DNA of 63,751 nucleotides, filler included, from Globobulimina sp. (GCA_003354225.1; 42 parts of 42 records of this genome joined end to end with filler, not necessarily neighbours in it); one strand, 5' to 3'; positions 25,858 through 39,537 are shown, counted from the first letter of the whole stretch. The notes: a model not told the origin generated them from the sequence alone. Translations and numbers: made by a program.

Positions 25858-26776
25858 CATAGACGGATAGAACTGAGGACATGTATTCACGCTGTTTTCC
25901 GACAGCAACTTGGCAGATTGGATGGCAATCTTTAGGGACAACACTCTCTTTCCCTCTTGCCACGCCGTGCGGAGTCGTCTCACATTATGCTCCTAAGTAA
26001 GTTTTTTTTTTTAAGGTGACTGACTGACTTTGACTGACAAACATTGAAAAGGTTCAAGGATACAAAAAACAGTACAGTACCATCCGTTTAATATACTCTG
26101 TTTGGGATAAGAATAATTTGTCTTCTTTCGTGTCCATATCCAACTGCTCCATTTTTTTCTTCAACTGCTCGTTTTCAGTGTGACCGCTGGCAGCTTGTTC
26201 TTGTTCCGCTTCGTCCAGAAAATTGGCAGTGACACCAATGCGTTTGTTCGATGTGTATTTGGTGAGTATATGGCCGCGTTTATCGCGCCATGTTTCGAAG
26301 CCATCGGGTAAACCAATCCGTTCCTTGGCCCATCTCGCGGCGCGTTCGTCGCTCATTATGCCCATGCTTTTGCTGCTCTTTTTTTTGCCCGTTTTGGCCA
26401 CAGATTTGTGTTTTTGTGCGCCTTGGCCTGTGCTGCCAATGGCGATGGCGGCCACAGCTGACGTCGACGTGGAGCTGTCTGGATTGTGTAACGGGTCATA
26501 TTTGTCGGATGATAACGATAACGGATTATGCAACGGGTCGTAGTCTTCTTTCTCGTCGCTGTCTGGCACGGACCCGGAAGGTGTTGGCGCGTTGCTTGTT
26601 TTGTTGCCTTTGCCCGTTTTGCCATAGTCGTGGATCACGGTGGTGTACATTAATGATAATGGATGGGAACGATTATCCACTTTGCTCCAATTTCGTACAT
26701 TATGGCCTTGTCTCTCTTTGAAATAGTTGCGTTCTAAAGGTTTAATGGCTGACGACGACTTTTGCTCATCCGTCAT
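25858..26776 (-). CDS. VPS35L: VPS35-like endosomal sorting factor (Retriever subunit), N-terminal part; intron 25993-26080
   Basis: FETWRDKRGHILTKYTS, LSQTEYIKRM; exon 2 reads AWQEGKRVLSLKIAIQSAKLLSE...QFYPS. Confidence 0.88.
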
Positions 26777-27377
26777 GGCGACTTGTCCGAGGACTCGCTC
26801 ACTTTGAAAAAATAATATTTAATAAATCTTGACTATAACCAGAATTAGTATTTGTTTGCTGTATTAGTATAGGACAGGTTTCATCAAAAGAAAAGTATAA
26901 TCAATGTCTGATTTTTTGATAAACGTATAAAATGTACATAATAAATAGTAAAAAAACGATCTAAAAAAGCTCATGCAACAAAAAAAAAAGACACAAACAC
27001 AACAAAAAGTATAAAATTGCAAAAATAAAATCAAAATACCTTATAAAAAATTGATAACTGCACAAAAAATGTAATAAAATCGCATTCAATCACACACAGT
27101 CAAAAATTAATAAATCTTGCCTGTCACCATCATAATCACTTGTTTGTTGCATTGATATTTTAATTTTTGGATATTTAATATTTAATGATGATGAGATGGA
27201 TGAATATACAAAATATAGCCAACTTCGCCTCCCTTTTATATCATCCTTCCATGCGCCATATAATGAACATTTTATTTNNNNNNNNNNNNNNNNNNNNNNN
27301 NNNNNNNNNNNNNNNNNNNNNTTAATTAATTAANNNNNNNNNNNNNNNNNNNNNNNNNNNNNNNNNNNNNNNNNNNN

Positions 27378-27575
27378 TTCGGTGAGATTTGAGTGTGGTG
27401 AATTTGTGTGTGATTCGGTGGGATTTGAGTGTGGTGAATTTGTGTGTGATTCGGTGGGATTTGAGTGTGGTGAATTTGTGTGTGATTCGGTGGGATTTGA
27501 GCGTGGTGAATTTGTGTGTGATTCGGTGGGATTTGAGTGTGGTGAATTTGTGTGTGTTTCGGTTGGATTTGAGCG
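27378..27575. repeat. 36-bp minisatellite, ~5.5 copies
   Basis: TTCGGTGGGATTTGAGTGTGGTGAATTTGTGTGTGA head to tail with no spacers. Confidence 0.95.
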
Positions 27576-27629
27576 AGGCAGAATTGGGTGCATGCACAAA
27601 TAAACAGATATATATAAATATAAAATATA

Positions 27630-28676
27630 TTATACCATTGTAAATGTACTGTATCTTTTCTCGTATACTGGGACTTTATTGCACATTTCTTGATGCTTAT
27701 TTATTTTAATTATAATTTGATAATTTTTATCTTTTAAAATCTCCGCGTTTCTATAAATTATAACAATATTGTTACATTTTGTCATCGTTAATTTGTGTCT
27801 TGATATTGATGATTTCTTCGAGCCTTTACAATAAAGCATATTTTCATTGACATGTTTCAATGTATTTGCATTATCTGGAAGAATATTGCCATTTTTAATA
27901 TAATAATCACAGCATTTTTCCTCACAATACTTCGTGCCGCAACATTTATAAATAATTAAATTTTGTCCATATCGACCTAAAATACAATCCATTTTCGTTG
28001 CTTTTGTCTTTGCGCATTTATCTTTAACATGAATGATTGAATAATAATCAGATTGGATTGGATCTAATAAATATGACACTTTTGGTATGTCAATTCTTTC
28101 GTGATTTCTTTTTGTTTGATAATTATAATAATTTACATTCTCTAATAACGGCGTCATGGCCAACGGTTTTGACATAATATCTTCATTTAAAGAGTCATGT
28201 ACTGCTTTTAAAACAATCACATTTAATTTACCATTCACAAATTTAATGCTAATATTTGGGTAATTGCTATATTCAATGCCCATTTGTATATTTCCAATTA
28301 ATCTCTTTAATGGATTAATGTCTTTACTTTCATATGATATGTCTAAATATTCTGATGTCTCTGGAATAGCCATTTCAATCAATTTAATTTCATCCAACAT
28401 TATAGCGTTGTTGTTGACGGGTGGCGGAATGTTATCTAATGCAAATATTGGTGGTGGTGTGTCGTTTCTCATCGAAAGTAATTGTGGAGAGACGACAGGA
28501 TATGACGGAGTGCTTTCTGTTGGTATCGTTGGCATTGTAGGCGATACAACATGACGTGACTGTGGTGAATCGTTGTGATTCGACTGTTGCATTTGATTGC
28601 AATTTGGATGTGATGATTCATCGAAGCTGAAATAATCATTGTTTTGCGGAACCAATGTTGACTCCATGCTCGACAT
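27630..28676 (-). CDS. Hypothetical protein: P/S-rich N-terminus and Cys-rich C-terminal domain
   Basis: 348-aa ORF; YKCCGTKYCEEKCC...YC...CNN...HQEMC. Confidence 0.55.
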   Translation of the reverse strand: MSSMESTLVPQNNDYFSFDESSHPNCNQMQQSNHNDSPQSRHVVSPTMPTIPTESTPSYPVVSPQLLSMRNDTPPPIFALDNIPPPVNNNAIMLDEIKLIEMAIPETSEYLDISYESKDINPLKRLIGNIQMGIEYSNYPNISIKFVNGKLNVIVLKAVHDSLNEDIMSKPLAMTPLLENVNYYNYQTKRNHERIDIPKVSYLLDPIQSDYYSIIHVKDKCAKTKATKMDCILGRYGQNLIIYKCCGTKYCEEKCCDYYIKNGNILPDNANTLKHVNENMLYCKGSKKSSISRHKLTMTKCNNIVIIYRNAEILKDKNYQIIIKINKHQEMCNKVPVYEKRYSTFTMV

Positions 28677-28897
28677 TAATGCTAGAAAGTTTTTAATGTC
28701 GGGTATTTAATGTTGACATGAAAAAAGCTTTGTGGATTTATTTTTTTTGCTCCACACTACTGTTTCACAAGTAAGAAAACTCCACAATTCTGTTCCGNNN
28801 NNNNNNNNNNNNNNNNNNNNNNNNNNNNNNNNNNNNNNNNNTTAATTAATTAANNNNNNNNNNNNNNNNNNNNNNNNNNNNNNNNNNNNNNNNNNNN

Positions 28898-29724
28898 GAA
28901 ATCTCACCATCTAAATCAAGCCATTGCGTATCATCAATATACTGCGATCGACTCATTTTATGAAAATACTGTCCGAAATGATGGATAGAATATAACGGAT
29001 CAGTTTGCGTTAATTGTTTACTAAAATAACCAATATATTTTAATTTAATAGATAACTGCGTAAAAAATTCGACAACGCGACTACCCATAAATGCGTCAAT
29101 CGTCTCGCGATTTGCAGCTAAATCGTTACGTGTCCACGGCATTGAATGTTGCATTTTACCGTCATATAAATCAACAATACGCCCACCGACAGCATTAACG
29201 TAAAAATGAAAACCTATCCAGTCCGCAGCTGCACCATATTCACTAATTTGCGAGTCATCTAATTTAAAAAATACATCATCATCGCCTTGCGAAACAAAAT
29301 CAAATCTCCATTTATTATCACCTTTGAATGAACCACGGAAAGATTCTAACGAATTTTCATAAATAATAAAACTTGCACCGGGTAATACTTTATTTGGATC
29401 AACATTGTTAAGTTGATAAGTAATGACTTTTTTAATCGCATCATCGATATTAGTCATATTGCCAACAGCTAATAAAGCAACAGCGGCAATAATAAGTAAC
29501 ACTGAAAGAATAATAATGACACCAACTTTATATGCAACAGTAACCTCATTTTGTAACGCATTAACTTCATCATTGTCATTCTGCTCTGCCTCTGAATGTG
29601 CTGCCACTCTGTCATAAGTTACCTTTTTATCACCGTTCTTACGCCTTAAATAAGTATACGCCACCAAACCAATATTTATACTTACCGACGCTAATAATAA
29701 TACACTGCCATATAACGAATTCAT
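28898..29724 (-). CDS. Hypothetical membrane-anchored protein, 3'-partial
   Basis: Two N-terminal hydrophobic helices followed by a globular region. Confidence 0.6.
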
Positions 29725-29881
29725 TCACTTTAACGTGTTTTTGATGAACGTCACCTGTGTATGTTGAATGTGATAACAATTGAATGATAGACGTAAAAAT
29801 GACAACGTACCTGTTGACTTTGCGTTGGATTGAGATGTTTGCAACAAACTGTACTTTCAAGCTGAGAAAAACTTTTAAACA

Positions 29882-30317
29882 ATGACACATGACACGATTA
29901 CAATTAACTCGGCCCTACAAGTCTATACATTAGTTATTGGAACAATATTGCTCTTCTTTTCATTCTCAACACTAATCATATTAACCTATTCATTATACAA
30001 ACAAAACACATCCCAAACACCAAATGGACCAAAACTAAAACTCAGCCAATGTCCCACCATATTAAGTGGATCATTTTATTGGTGTTCTTGTTGCATATTC
30101 ATCGCAATAATATTTGCATTACATCCCCGCAGCAACGAGAACTTTTCCACAAACACAGACTTTGTATTTTGCCTCGTCTTATTTGTAATATGTATATTTT
30201 TAGCCAAGTTATCAATGTACGCACACTTTCTCGTTCGATTATACGCATCATTCAAAGATTCTGTTTTACAGATCAATAGAAGCACAATCATAGCAGCGAT
30301 GTGTCTATTTTGTGTGC
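29882..30317 (+). CDS. 7TM/GPCR-like membrane protein, N-terminal part
   Basis: Successive TM helices; AKLSMYAHFLVRLYASFKDS parallels SKVSLIWQYNGRLYYAFLRS in 49290-50077. Confidence 0.65.
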
Positions 30318-30527
30318 NNNNNNNNNNNNNNNNNNNNNNNNNNNNNNNNNNNNNNNNNNNNTTAATTAATTAANNNNNNNNNNNNNNNNNNNNNNNNNNN
30401 NNNNNNNNNNNNNNNNNGAGGTTCAGAAGTTGCTGTAGTATACGGCCGCGGCGGATCGATGCGGTTGGAATTCTTCTTGAATTTCACGCGCGCGCACTTG
30501 TAAGGTTTTCACAGAAACGTTCTCGTG

Positions 30528-31669
30528 ATGATGGCAGAAATTACGAGTGCGAGTAAAAACAAAAAGGCACAATCTCCAAAACCAAGTCCTCTGTCAATCG
30601 GAACATTGTTGGACAGTACCAAACGTTTCGTAATAAAAGAAAATATTCCAACTGAGTATGGCTTTCATATGATGCAGATTTATGCAAAACATATTGCAAA
30701 CAATGATAATGATGCAAAAGAAAATGAATCAAGGATAACTGGACATATTTTAATTATATTATTAGGAGCAAAATATTGTCAATACCTATTGGATCGTACA
30801 GGTGATGTTGGAATTAGATTTGTTAAAGTTAACATGGTTGAAATTGAGGTGCTCTCTCGCGGTTATATATTAATTAAAGACATTGAATACAAACCTTACT
30901 CTAAATTACAATATAAAAGTGATATTAAACCATTCATAATCAATCAATCAATAAAACTGTTCAATGAACGAGACAATAATTCTTTTCATTTTGCATTTAG
31001 TTTCATTAAAAATGTTCGGCATAAAATTGAATCAGATGACATTGTGTGTAATAATTATAATGATTTGGTTAAATTTATTACATCCCAACCTGCTGTAAAA
31101 AAAGAAGAAAATAAATTTGTTCAAAGATTTTTGGATGAAACAGTACCATATCAAAATCATATATATTTGGAAAAGGATCTTCAAAAAAAATTGGAATCAG
31201 CATGGAAAATAAATGACCGATTACTGTTTTTATCATATAATTGTAAAGGAAGAAAATCGTATCATTTATCTACAATAATAAAAATCGAGCGTAACTTTAT
31301 TAATGTACAGTTCAATAAATTAGGAAACACATTTCGTGAGAAAGCCAGGCCTGATCATTTAAAACCATTTATTGAAGTTAATATATATTTTAATTATATT
31401 TAGTTGTATGATAATTTATATGTAATGTACGTGTACAGATCCCTTCAAAATATTTGGATCCCATTACAAGGAAAATAATGAAAAATCCAGTGCAGATATT
31501 AAAATCAGGCGTTATTTACGATAAACTCACTGTGCAATATTTGCAGGAGTATGCAGCGCAGGAATTCGCATTACTAGATCCAGTGAATGGAGTGTTTATA
31601 TCAACAAATAAACAGAAACCAATTTGCATGTATGTGTTCACTACACTTTCAACTGCATATCACTTGTAA
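30528..31669 (+). CDS. U-box domain protein (putative E3 ligase); intron 31377-31438; 3' end uncertain
   Basis: Spliced sequence EIPSKYLDPITRKIMKNPVQILKSGVIYDKLTV...DPVNG matches the U-box consensus. Confidence 0.75.
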
Positions 31670-32549
31670 ATATATCCAATCAAACCTATTTCTTTTATCT
31701 GATCCGTACAACCCAACCCATGCCAGATTTGAATATCACTCACTTTAAACAACTTTCCTGCTTCGATATATTTATTGATCCACGAAGAAAATGCTTGAGG
31801 ACCTTTGTGTCGATCTTAGACCTTTGTCCATAATTGTNNNNNNNNNNNNNNNNNNNNNNNNNNNNNNNNNNNNNNNNNNNNTTAATTAATTAANNNNNNN
31901 NNNNNNNNNNNNNNNNNNNNNNNNNNNNNNNNNNNNNAAAGCGATGACATGATTTAATTATAAGTTAAAAACTCCCTCATGAAAACAGAAAATATAGCAG
32001 AGAATAATTTAGTGGTCATTTGAATTAATTATCATTTCTATTTTATAGTGATATCGAATGTCTGCATTTGTAGTGTTGCCGGTATTTGTTTGGATAGAAA
32101 TCTTGTCTCATTTGGATTGGATGGATATGTAACACATATTATGCGATGACTGCTATCCATTAAATATTAATATATTCTCATCCAATACTTTTCTGCTGTA
32201 TTTTTGCAAGAGATGTTTCTATATCCATTCACTAGCCACATTATCATCATTATCATTATCAATACCATTCAAAATATACATTATTTCCAATTTATTGTCC
32301 ACATTATATCCAAAACGCAAATGCTATTACTTATCACATTGCTTTTTATCAAATAACAAACAAATACAATTATTATTGACAGCAATCTGTTTCCGACACT
32401 TAATCGACATATTTTTAACCAGAAATTTTAATGATGATCAAAACAATAAAATATGGCAATACTTCCACAAACACCAATGTATACAGATATTTTTCACTAA
32501 AATAATACTAATACGGCCATATTCAGTTTTATATGCATTGGAACACTTT

Positions 32550-32909
32550 GATATGAAAATACGCAGTTTTCCAAGCTATTATTCTCGAGATCTATCTACT
32601 TATTATAACCTGGCTTATGACACACTATCTGGTTTTAATTGCGTTTGGGAGATTGGTTGCAGTGGAAGGGATTTTATGGCTGGTCATGGACTGTGTTTTT
32701 TTTCCACTCCTGATTCTGTTCATTCTTTTTTTTATGTACAGCCTGGAAACGATGACAGAAATAGCTTAGGTACATGGATGCAATCAACAGGTTATCAGTT
32801 TATTGTGTATACTGAAGAAACTCCATTGGATGAAATGGTAAAATATTTTGATTCTGACCATATTGTATTGGAACATGACTATAGAAATAATCAAAATTTA
32901 TTACGATAG
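32550..32909 (+). CDS. Hypothetical protein
   Basis: Protein-like ORF from an internal ATG; no family recognised. Confidence 0.35.
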   Translation, partial: DMKIRSFPSYYSRDLSTYYNLAYDTLSGFNCVWEIGCSGRDFMAGHGLCFFSTPDSVHSFFYVQPGNDDRNSLGTWMQSTGYQFIVYTEETPLDEMVKYFDSDHIVLEHDYRNNQNLLR

Positions 32910-33457
32910 TAATGAAAATATTATACGTGTAATCAGTTTTGATTATGCACAATGAAACAGGACATATTATGCATAATGAAACTGAACTGTATACCCGTAA
33001 TGGATTATACACCCAATCTGTTTATATATATATACAGATTGCACATACGATTCCATCATTGGTATCACAGCACATCACTGGAAATCGCAATCTTAATCAA
33101 GCACGAGTTGGTATTTTAAGACTGTAAAGTTACTCGTACGTAACTGACTTGGCAACATGAAAGTCGCAGCGCAGCATCACAAAATCAAATTTATCCCATT
33201 CCAAAAAGAATTTATCCCATTCGCGTGTCAAAAGAAGAAAATTAAACAATCGAAATGATACATCCAAACAGGAATTATCTGACGCAAACCAACTATTAAA
33301 AACACAGAATGCAAACTTGATAAAAGAGTTAAATACAATGCAAGGATATCAATATGANNNNNNNNNNNNNNNNNNNNNNNNNNNNNNNNNNNNNNNNNNN
33401 NTTAATTAATTAANNNNNNNNNNNNNNNNNNNNNNNNNNNNNNNNNNNNNNNNNNNN

Positions 33458-34632
33458 TTTTTGCCATGTTGCGAGTCCACACTCTGTATAATATTCTCTT
33501 CATCCAAGTCACTTTCCCCCACATTCTCATTGAAAGACGACTCGACACCAAACACTTGGCTTTGTCTGACGACACAGAATGATGTGAATTGTGAAAGGAT
33601 AATAAAACACACACAAAAACACTTAACTTCAGAGACATAAAATCTTTATAATTTGGATTTGTCGGTGGTTGTAATGGAGCAATATAATCATAAGAGTCAT
33701 TCTCATTGTTTTTGGACTCATCCTTTTTATTTTTATCCTCAATTAAAGGATAATTTGAGTCTGCATCATAAGCAGATAAATCACCGCAGGCCACGAACAA
33801 TATTGTTTTTTTATGATTGAACTGATTTCCTTTTGTGACATTATCAAATTTATTAAATTCTAATATGTTCATAGTTGGCATGTAATCGTTTGGCGGATTG
33901 TAGCCAATGCAAACTATAAACGCTTCAATCGATGAATTCCGCGATGACTTTGGTTTCGCCACAGATATCGATGTGAAAAATATCTCTGTTTTTTAACGGA
34001 TTTATAATAAAAGTGTGAAAACGAATGTTTTTGTACGGATTTATACCTAGTTTGGTGTATAATAAATTGATGTCTCTGCCTCTGAATATTTTGCATATAA
34101 AGTTGCCATTTTTACGCAATAAATATGTGGTAATGTTCAATGCGGATAATATTAATTGTGATTGTATGTATTCATCGATGTCATGCATGCCGGTCACATC
34201 AGGCGCGCCATCACAGACAACTAAGTCTGCCTTTTCCCCGCTGAATGAATTTATTATTTTTTCAGCGGTTTCAACGGAGGTTATATCGCCTTCGATCTCT
34301 ATTACACCTTTTATGGGTGCCATTGGCTGTAAATCTACAGCCACTATTTTTATATCTTCGCTGTCTGGATTTTCCGAGTATAATTGCCTTGATAATACTT
34401 GCGACCATGAACCTGGAGCTGCACATAAATCCACTGCACGTTTGACACCGGTGAAGATGTTGAATTCTTCATCAATTTGTAATAGTTTAAATGCGGAACG
34501 TGCTCTAAATCCCAACTCTTTGGCTTTGCGATAATAGATATCCTAGGTACGGTACGTGTTAATTAATTTCAATTATTGAGCACAGAGAGTTATAACTCAA
34601 CTAACACGTTTGTCCTTGGAGTATTTGCCCAT
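33458..34632 (-). CDS. TRM7: tRNA (C32/N34)-2'-O-methyltransferase Trm7/FTSJ1, four exons (introns 34543-34605, 33986-34046, 33566-33627)
   Basis: [78 protein letters not shown]-like motif. Confidence 0.96.
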
Positions 34633-36070
34633 TATCAGAATCAAAAAGTGTCACTAAAAATAGCAAAACTGTCACCTTGCAAAAAACAACAACAACAATA
34701 ATGCGCTTAATTTGTGAAAAAAAGAAGCAACCAATCACAAAAATAATATTAAATCATTGCTTAATTATCAAACAATCATAAAATCTTTGTTTTGATGAAT
34801 TTATATTCCATTTTTTAGCATTAAATCTTTGTTTTATTGACTCATTCAAAATATCACTTAACCAGCTTTTATTATCTNNNNNNNNNNNNNNNNNNNNNNN
34901 NNNNNNNNNNNNNNNNNNNNNTTAATTAATTAANNNNNNNNNNNNNNNNNNNNNNNNNNNNNNNNNNNNNNNNNNNNTACCACATTCATTTAATTATGAA
35001 ATTGTGCAGAATTTAGCACGAATTGCAAAACAAACAAAGGAACCGGAAATTGGAGGGAATTTAAAATATCCCACATTTGTGTATAAATGCGATAACAATG
35101 TAACGATTGAATTTGCGAAAAATAATCTTACAGTGCTTAAAGTTAAATGTTTTCCACAAAGAAATGCATATGATAATAATTTCAATAATGGTCTGGTTTT
35201 GGTAGCGGATTTTTGTTGTTTGTATGTTGTTGTTGTTGTTGGGGGTTACTGTGGTGGAACGGCGGCTATTCCTATTACTATTCATACCATTCGATCATAT
35301 TATTCATATTACAAAAACTTTGATGGTTGTAATTGAATTGGTTGTTTGCAGGATTACCACCATTGTTGTGATAAATAGATGTAATCTTCATAGAGTCTGC
35401 AATGATCGAGTAAAATTTAACGGAATTTGAATGATCGAGTCTGCAATGTTTGTGATCGAAGCTATTATATAGTCGCAATTATAGAAACACTGGGAAAAAA
35501 AAACGATGAGTTTTGCAAATCTTTAAGTGATTTCGATGAAGGCTTTGTCATTCGGTGATTCATATTTCTTCAAAACATTTGATTTTCATACTGGGCTCAT
35601 CCACACAACTTTAAACAATATATATATATTGATATGAATATGATAAAAATTACCAAAAAAAATGAAATCATTTGGTTCTGTCTGTGTTAACAACCGATCC
35701 GAAAATGATCATATTATTTGGTGGAGAGGAAGGAACAAAATGATATTTTCATATGTTATGCGGTGATTATGAATACTAAAATGAAGGAGCTGTCTTGTTT
35801 GTGGATAAGGGGGAAATGGCACTTGTTTTCAACACTGCAGTATGAGATGCTGAACCAGAACAATACAGCAAACAATGGAATTATGACTATTGTTAATACT
35901 GTTTTAATGGATGGACATCGTCTCGCTTCCACTGGACGAACAACAGTTGTTTGATTGGCTGCGCCTGGTACTGCTCCTTCGCGATCGCATGGTACTGCTT
36001 AAGCATGCATTAAGAAGCAACCGTTTCTTAATAAATGCAATTAATATAAATCAACAACACTTTATATAAA

Positions 36071-36397
36071 TCATTCAATTTTGATAGCAATTTTAGCAGC
36101 AATCAAGATATGATCGGATGGATATATTTTGTTTGGTAACTTTGCATCAAATTGTTGAATTTCTGTCTCATCCCAAACATCCAATAACTGCAACAATTGG
36201 AAAATGCTTTGTTTTTTTTCATTATCGGCCTCTTTCGGATGCATCCAATGACCAATCATAATATAATCCAAACAACATTTGACCTCTCGATCCTTCCATC
36301 CAGCCCAAGTACTGAAAGTATTTCGGACATTACTATTCCACAAAGATTCAAATCTAACAATATTACTTTTATTATTTTTATCCGATGCTTTAATTTG
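36071..36397 (-). CDS. EEP-family phosphatase/nuclease (nocturnin/CCR4-like), C-terminal fragment
   Basis: FSTW...VKCCLDYIM...LPNKIYPSDHILIAAK. Confidence 0.85.
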   Translation of the reverse strand, partial: QIKASDKNNKSNIVRFESLWNSNVRNTFSTWAGWKDREVKCCLDYIMIGHWMHPKEADNEKKQSIFQLLQLLDVWDETEIQQFDAKLPNKIYPSDHILIAAKIAIKIE

Positions 36398-36497
36398 NNN
36401 NNNNNNNNNNNNNNNNNNNNNNNNNNNNNNNNNNNNNNNNNTTAATTAATTAANNNNNNNNNNNNNNNNNNNNNNNNNNNNNNNNNNNNNNNNNNNN

Positions 36498-37277
36498 TAT
36501 ATTTAAAATACCAAATTGAAAAGATAATTCAATATCACTTATCATTTGTTTGCATAAATGTGAATCTCTTTTAATATGACTCCCAAACGTTCCATGATAA
36601 ATAGTGTTGAATGACATGTAATCAAATATTTCTTTTGGGTAAAATAATCCATGTTTGTTCAGGATTGTGTTCAACATTGGCTCCAACTCTTTTTTAATTG
36701 CTGCATCTAAAACTTGACTTACAAATTCTGAATTGAACGTTTTCTGTAACATAGATAATTTGAATAATCGACGTCTTTGCAATAATTTATCGCCTCCATG
36801 ATGTAGAAAGATTGGCATTGTTTCATTATCACCTACGGAATATACTGAGTGATAATAAACTCTCTTTAAATGCACACGGTACAACAGTTGTTTATCTCTA
36901 AGTAATGTTTTGACCATTTTTTCAGATGAGAGCAATAGAATTCTAGTACGGAATATCCCTGGCATAAAACAAATGTCCCCATATTTCTTTGCTAAATCAA
37001 TACGCCAAGTTTGGTTTAAAGCACCAGGTATTGGGACCGGGAACCCAATTAAAGGGATTCCAGCAGGTCCAGGTGGTAACTTATTCCTTTTTCTGTGCAG
37101 AAACCAACCAATTTGATGAAGTATCCAAATAGTGACAAATAACCCAATTGGGTAACAAACGTATGATAATGTCATCACCGCACAATACCACGATAATCTG
37201 TGCAAAATTCCTTTATTGATCCACAATTCAACGCACTCCACACTTTCTCTGATACTCTTGATTATTTTGATAGCCAT
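36498..37277 (-). CDS. Cytochrome P450, N-terminal part
   Basis: TM anchor, then KLPPGPAGIPLIG proline hinge, LAKKYGDI, SFNTIYHGTFG. Confidence 0.85.
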
Positions 37278-37669
37278 TACTTACTGTGTAAATGTTTGTC
37301 GGTGTTGTATCTTTGCAATTGATATTGAAATGCTTTCTTTGCTTTTGTTTTGTCAAACGAGTATATTATTAGCAGATTATTGGCGATTATGATGTATTAA
37401 TGCCGGTGTCTGAATGGTGCAGCTGTAATTCTCACTTTACATGTGCTCATGCCGTTTTCATCGTATCTGTTGCAAAATTGTATTGCGAAATAATCCATAA
37501 CCAACGGACCAAATTGATCTTTAAATTTGATTTCACTGTTTGCTTTTGAGATCGATTGTTTTGAAGAGGTGTTTATACACTCTCTATGTTGTCCTCTATG
37601 GTGGACTAGTTTTTAGGAGTCTAGGCAAGTTTTGTAGTTGTAATCTCACAAGAAAAAAAGCTCACAAAC

Positions 37670-37917
37670 TCTGAGTCATTTGACTCAGAATATGAGTATT
37701 TGACTCATAAATGCTCTGAATACGAGTTAAAAAAATGCTCTTTGTTACTTTGACTCATATATTTTTTGTGAGTAAAAAAAACCAAAAAGAGTAAAAATGA
37801 GTAAAAAAGAGTAAAAATGAGTTACTTGAGCATATTTTTGCTCAATTTTAAACTCATATTTAGTATTGTGTGACTCGCAAAGAGTACCAAAAAAAACACA
37901 TATTTTTACTCATTTTT
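37670..37917. repeat. Low-complexity TGAGT/ACTCA repeat element with hairpins (MITE-like)
   Basis: CTGAGTCA-TT-TGACTCAG palindrome at 37671-37688; tandem GAGTAAAAA units and many TGACTCA/TGAGTA words in both orientations. Confidence 0.55.
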
Positions 37918-38256
37918 NNNNNNNNNNNNNNNNNNNNNNNNNNNNNNNNNNNNNNNNNNNNTTAATTAATTAANNNNNNNNNNNNNNNNNNNNNNNNNNN
38001 NNNNNNNNNNNNNNNNNGTTTGTCGCAAAAGAAAGAAGAATCATGCATTTTGTAATAATTTTATAATTAAACAATCAACGAAGTAAATTAACGAAACCCA
38101 ACAACAAATTAATAAATTCGGAGAAAAAAAAACGAGATCGGAAAACAAAAGATAAATAAAGATATCTCTAGCAATCAGTAAATAAAATAAATAAAATAAT
38201 GCTGTCATTGAGTGAAATATGATATTTTAATTATTTAATAAGATATTTATGGATAC

Positions 38257-38799
38257 TTATGAGGATGACCGTGTTCTCCTCGATGAAGCTCTTTTTGGTC
38301 GACCTCTTTTTTTCTTTTTTGCAGCCGCAGCTTTTCTCTTTTTTTTAGCCGCAGCTTCAGCTTTTTTTTTCTTTTTCGCAGCCTCTGCTTTTTTCTCTGC
38401 TTTTGCTTTTTTTTTCTTTTCTGCCGCTCTCTTTGCCGCTCGCTTAGTTTTTCTCTCTATCTTCTCCTCTTCCACGGCGTCATATTTCTTCGATAAATCA
38501 TTTTCTTTCTCCTCCCGGCGACCCAATGGAAGTATTTTGTATCTCTGTGATGAGGAACCTGCGGTCAATACACCTCTTAACATACCGTCTTTCAATGCTT
38601 TCCGTAATGCCGTATTGAATGCAGATCCTTCTGCGACTGAATCGAAATTGGATTTGATATAACTTGCTATCTTCTGTCGCGATACTCCTTTTCCACCATG
38701 TTTTGTATGGAGAATCGCAGCAAATGCCATTCGAATGTATGGCTTCTTTTTATTTGTCGATGATTTCTTGCTCTTAGTCTTGGATCGGGTCGATGGCAT
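38257..38799 (-). CDS. Linker histone H1/H5 with winged-helix globular domain
   Basis: KPYIRMAFAAI...KGVSRQKIASYI...LRKALKDG...G.L...RYKI plus K/A-rich tail. Confidence 0.92.
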   Translation of the reverse strand: MPSTRSKTKSKKSSTNKKKPYIRMAFAAILHTKHGGKGVSRQKIASYIKSNFDSVAEGSAFNTALRKALKDGMLRGVLTAGSSSQRYKILPLGRREEKENDLSKKYDAVEEEKIERKTKRAAKRAAEKKKKAKAEKKAEAAKKKKKAEAAAKKKRKAAAAKKKKRGRPKRASSRRTRSSS

Positions 38800-39537
38800 T
38801 TTCTTTATTTGATTTTAATAATTATCGAGTGATAAAGATCTAATAACAATGCTAAATGTGACTGGAAAACAGAAAAAAAATCATTTTTTTGAGCATAAAT
38901 TAGGTCATAATGAGCATATCAATCATTTTTCGTCATTATAACATGTCGTTTTTTATGCATGAATTGTGTTGAAATTTGAAGAAAATCGACTACTGTTTAA
39001 GGATTGAGGAGAAATGAGATGGGAATATAAGCTAAAGCAGCTATGGTATGTGTGTGAGGAATATATGTTGTTATATTTTGATGGGATAAGCTGGAACATA
39101 TTTAAATGTAATTAATAATTTTTTTGTTAAAAATTTCTACGCAAAAACGACAAATTCAAATATTGATAATTTTATATTTCATTTTTAATTGTGTTTCATT
39201 TGTATATTGTTGGTATAGGAGTAATAGGACAATTACCGACAATAATCGATTTTCTTTCAATTTTTTTGTAATGTGATACGTGGACATTTATACTTGCTTA
39301 AAATGTACGAATACGATTTCGTGTGGAATATGCGATTTCAACATGTTTTTTTTTTGTGTACAAAATGGAGTACGATGACGATTAATGATTGCTATGTTAC
39401 ATTTGTATAAGAAAAAGGATGCTGAACTTGTGAAGATNNNNNNNNNNNNNNNNNNNNNNNNNNNNNNNNNNNNNNNNNNNNTTAATTAATTAANNNNNNN
39501 NNNNNNNNNNNNNNNNNNNNNNNNNNNNNNNNNNNNN

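Noticed and set aside
27378-27575. 36-bp repeats as a CRISPR array or a repeat-protein gene
   Set aside because: The units are directly adjacent with no unique spacers and no cas genes; the four overlapping ORFs are by-products of the repeat.
34978-36000. Cluster of overlapping short ORFs
   Set aside because: Low-complexity and mutually overlapping, with no family signature.
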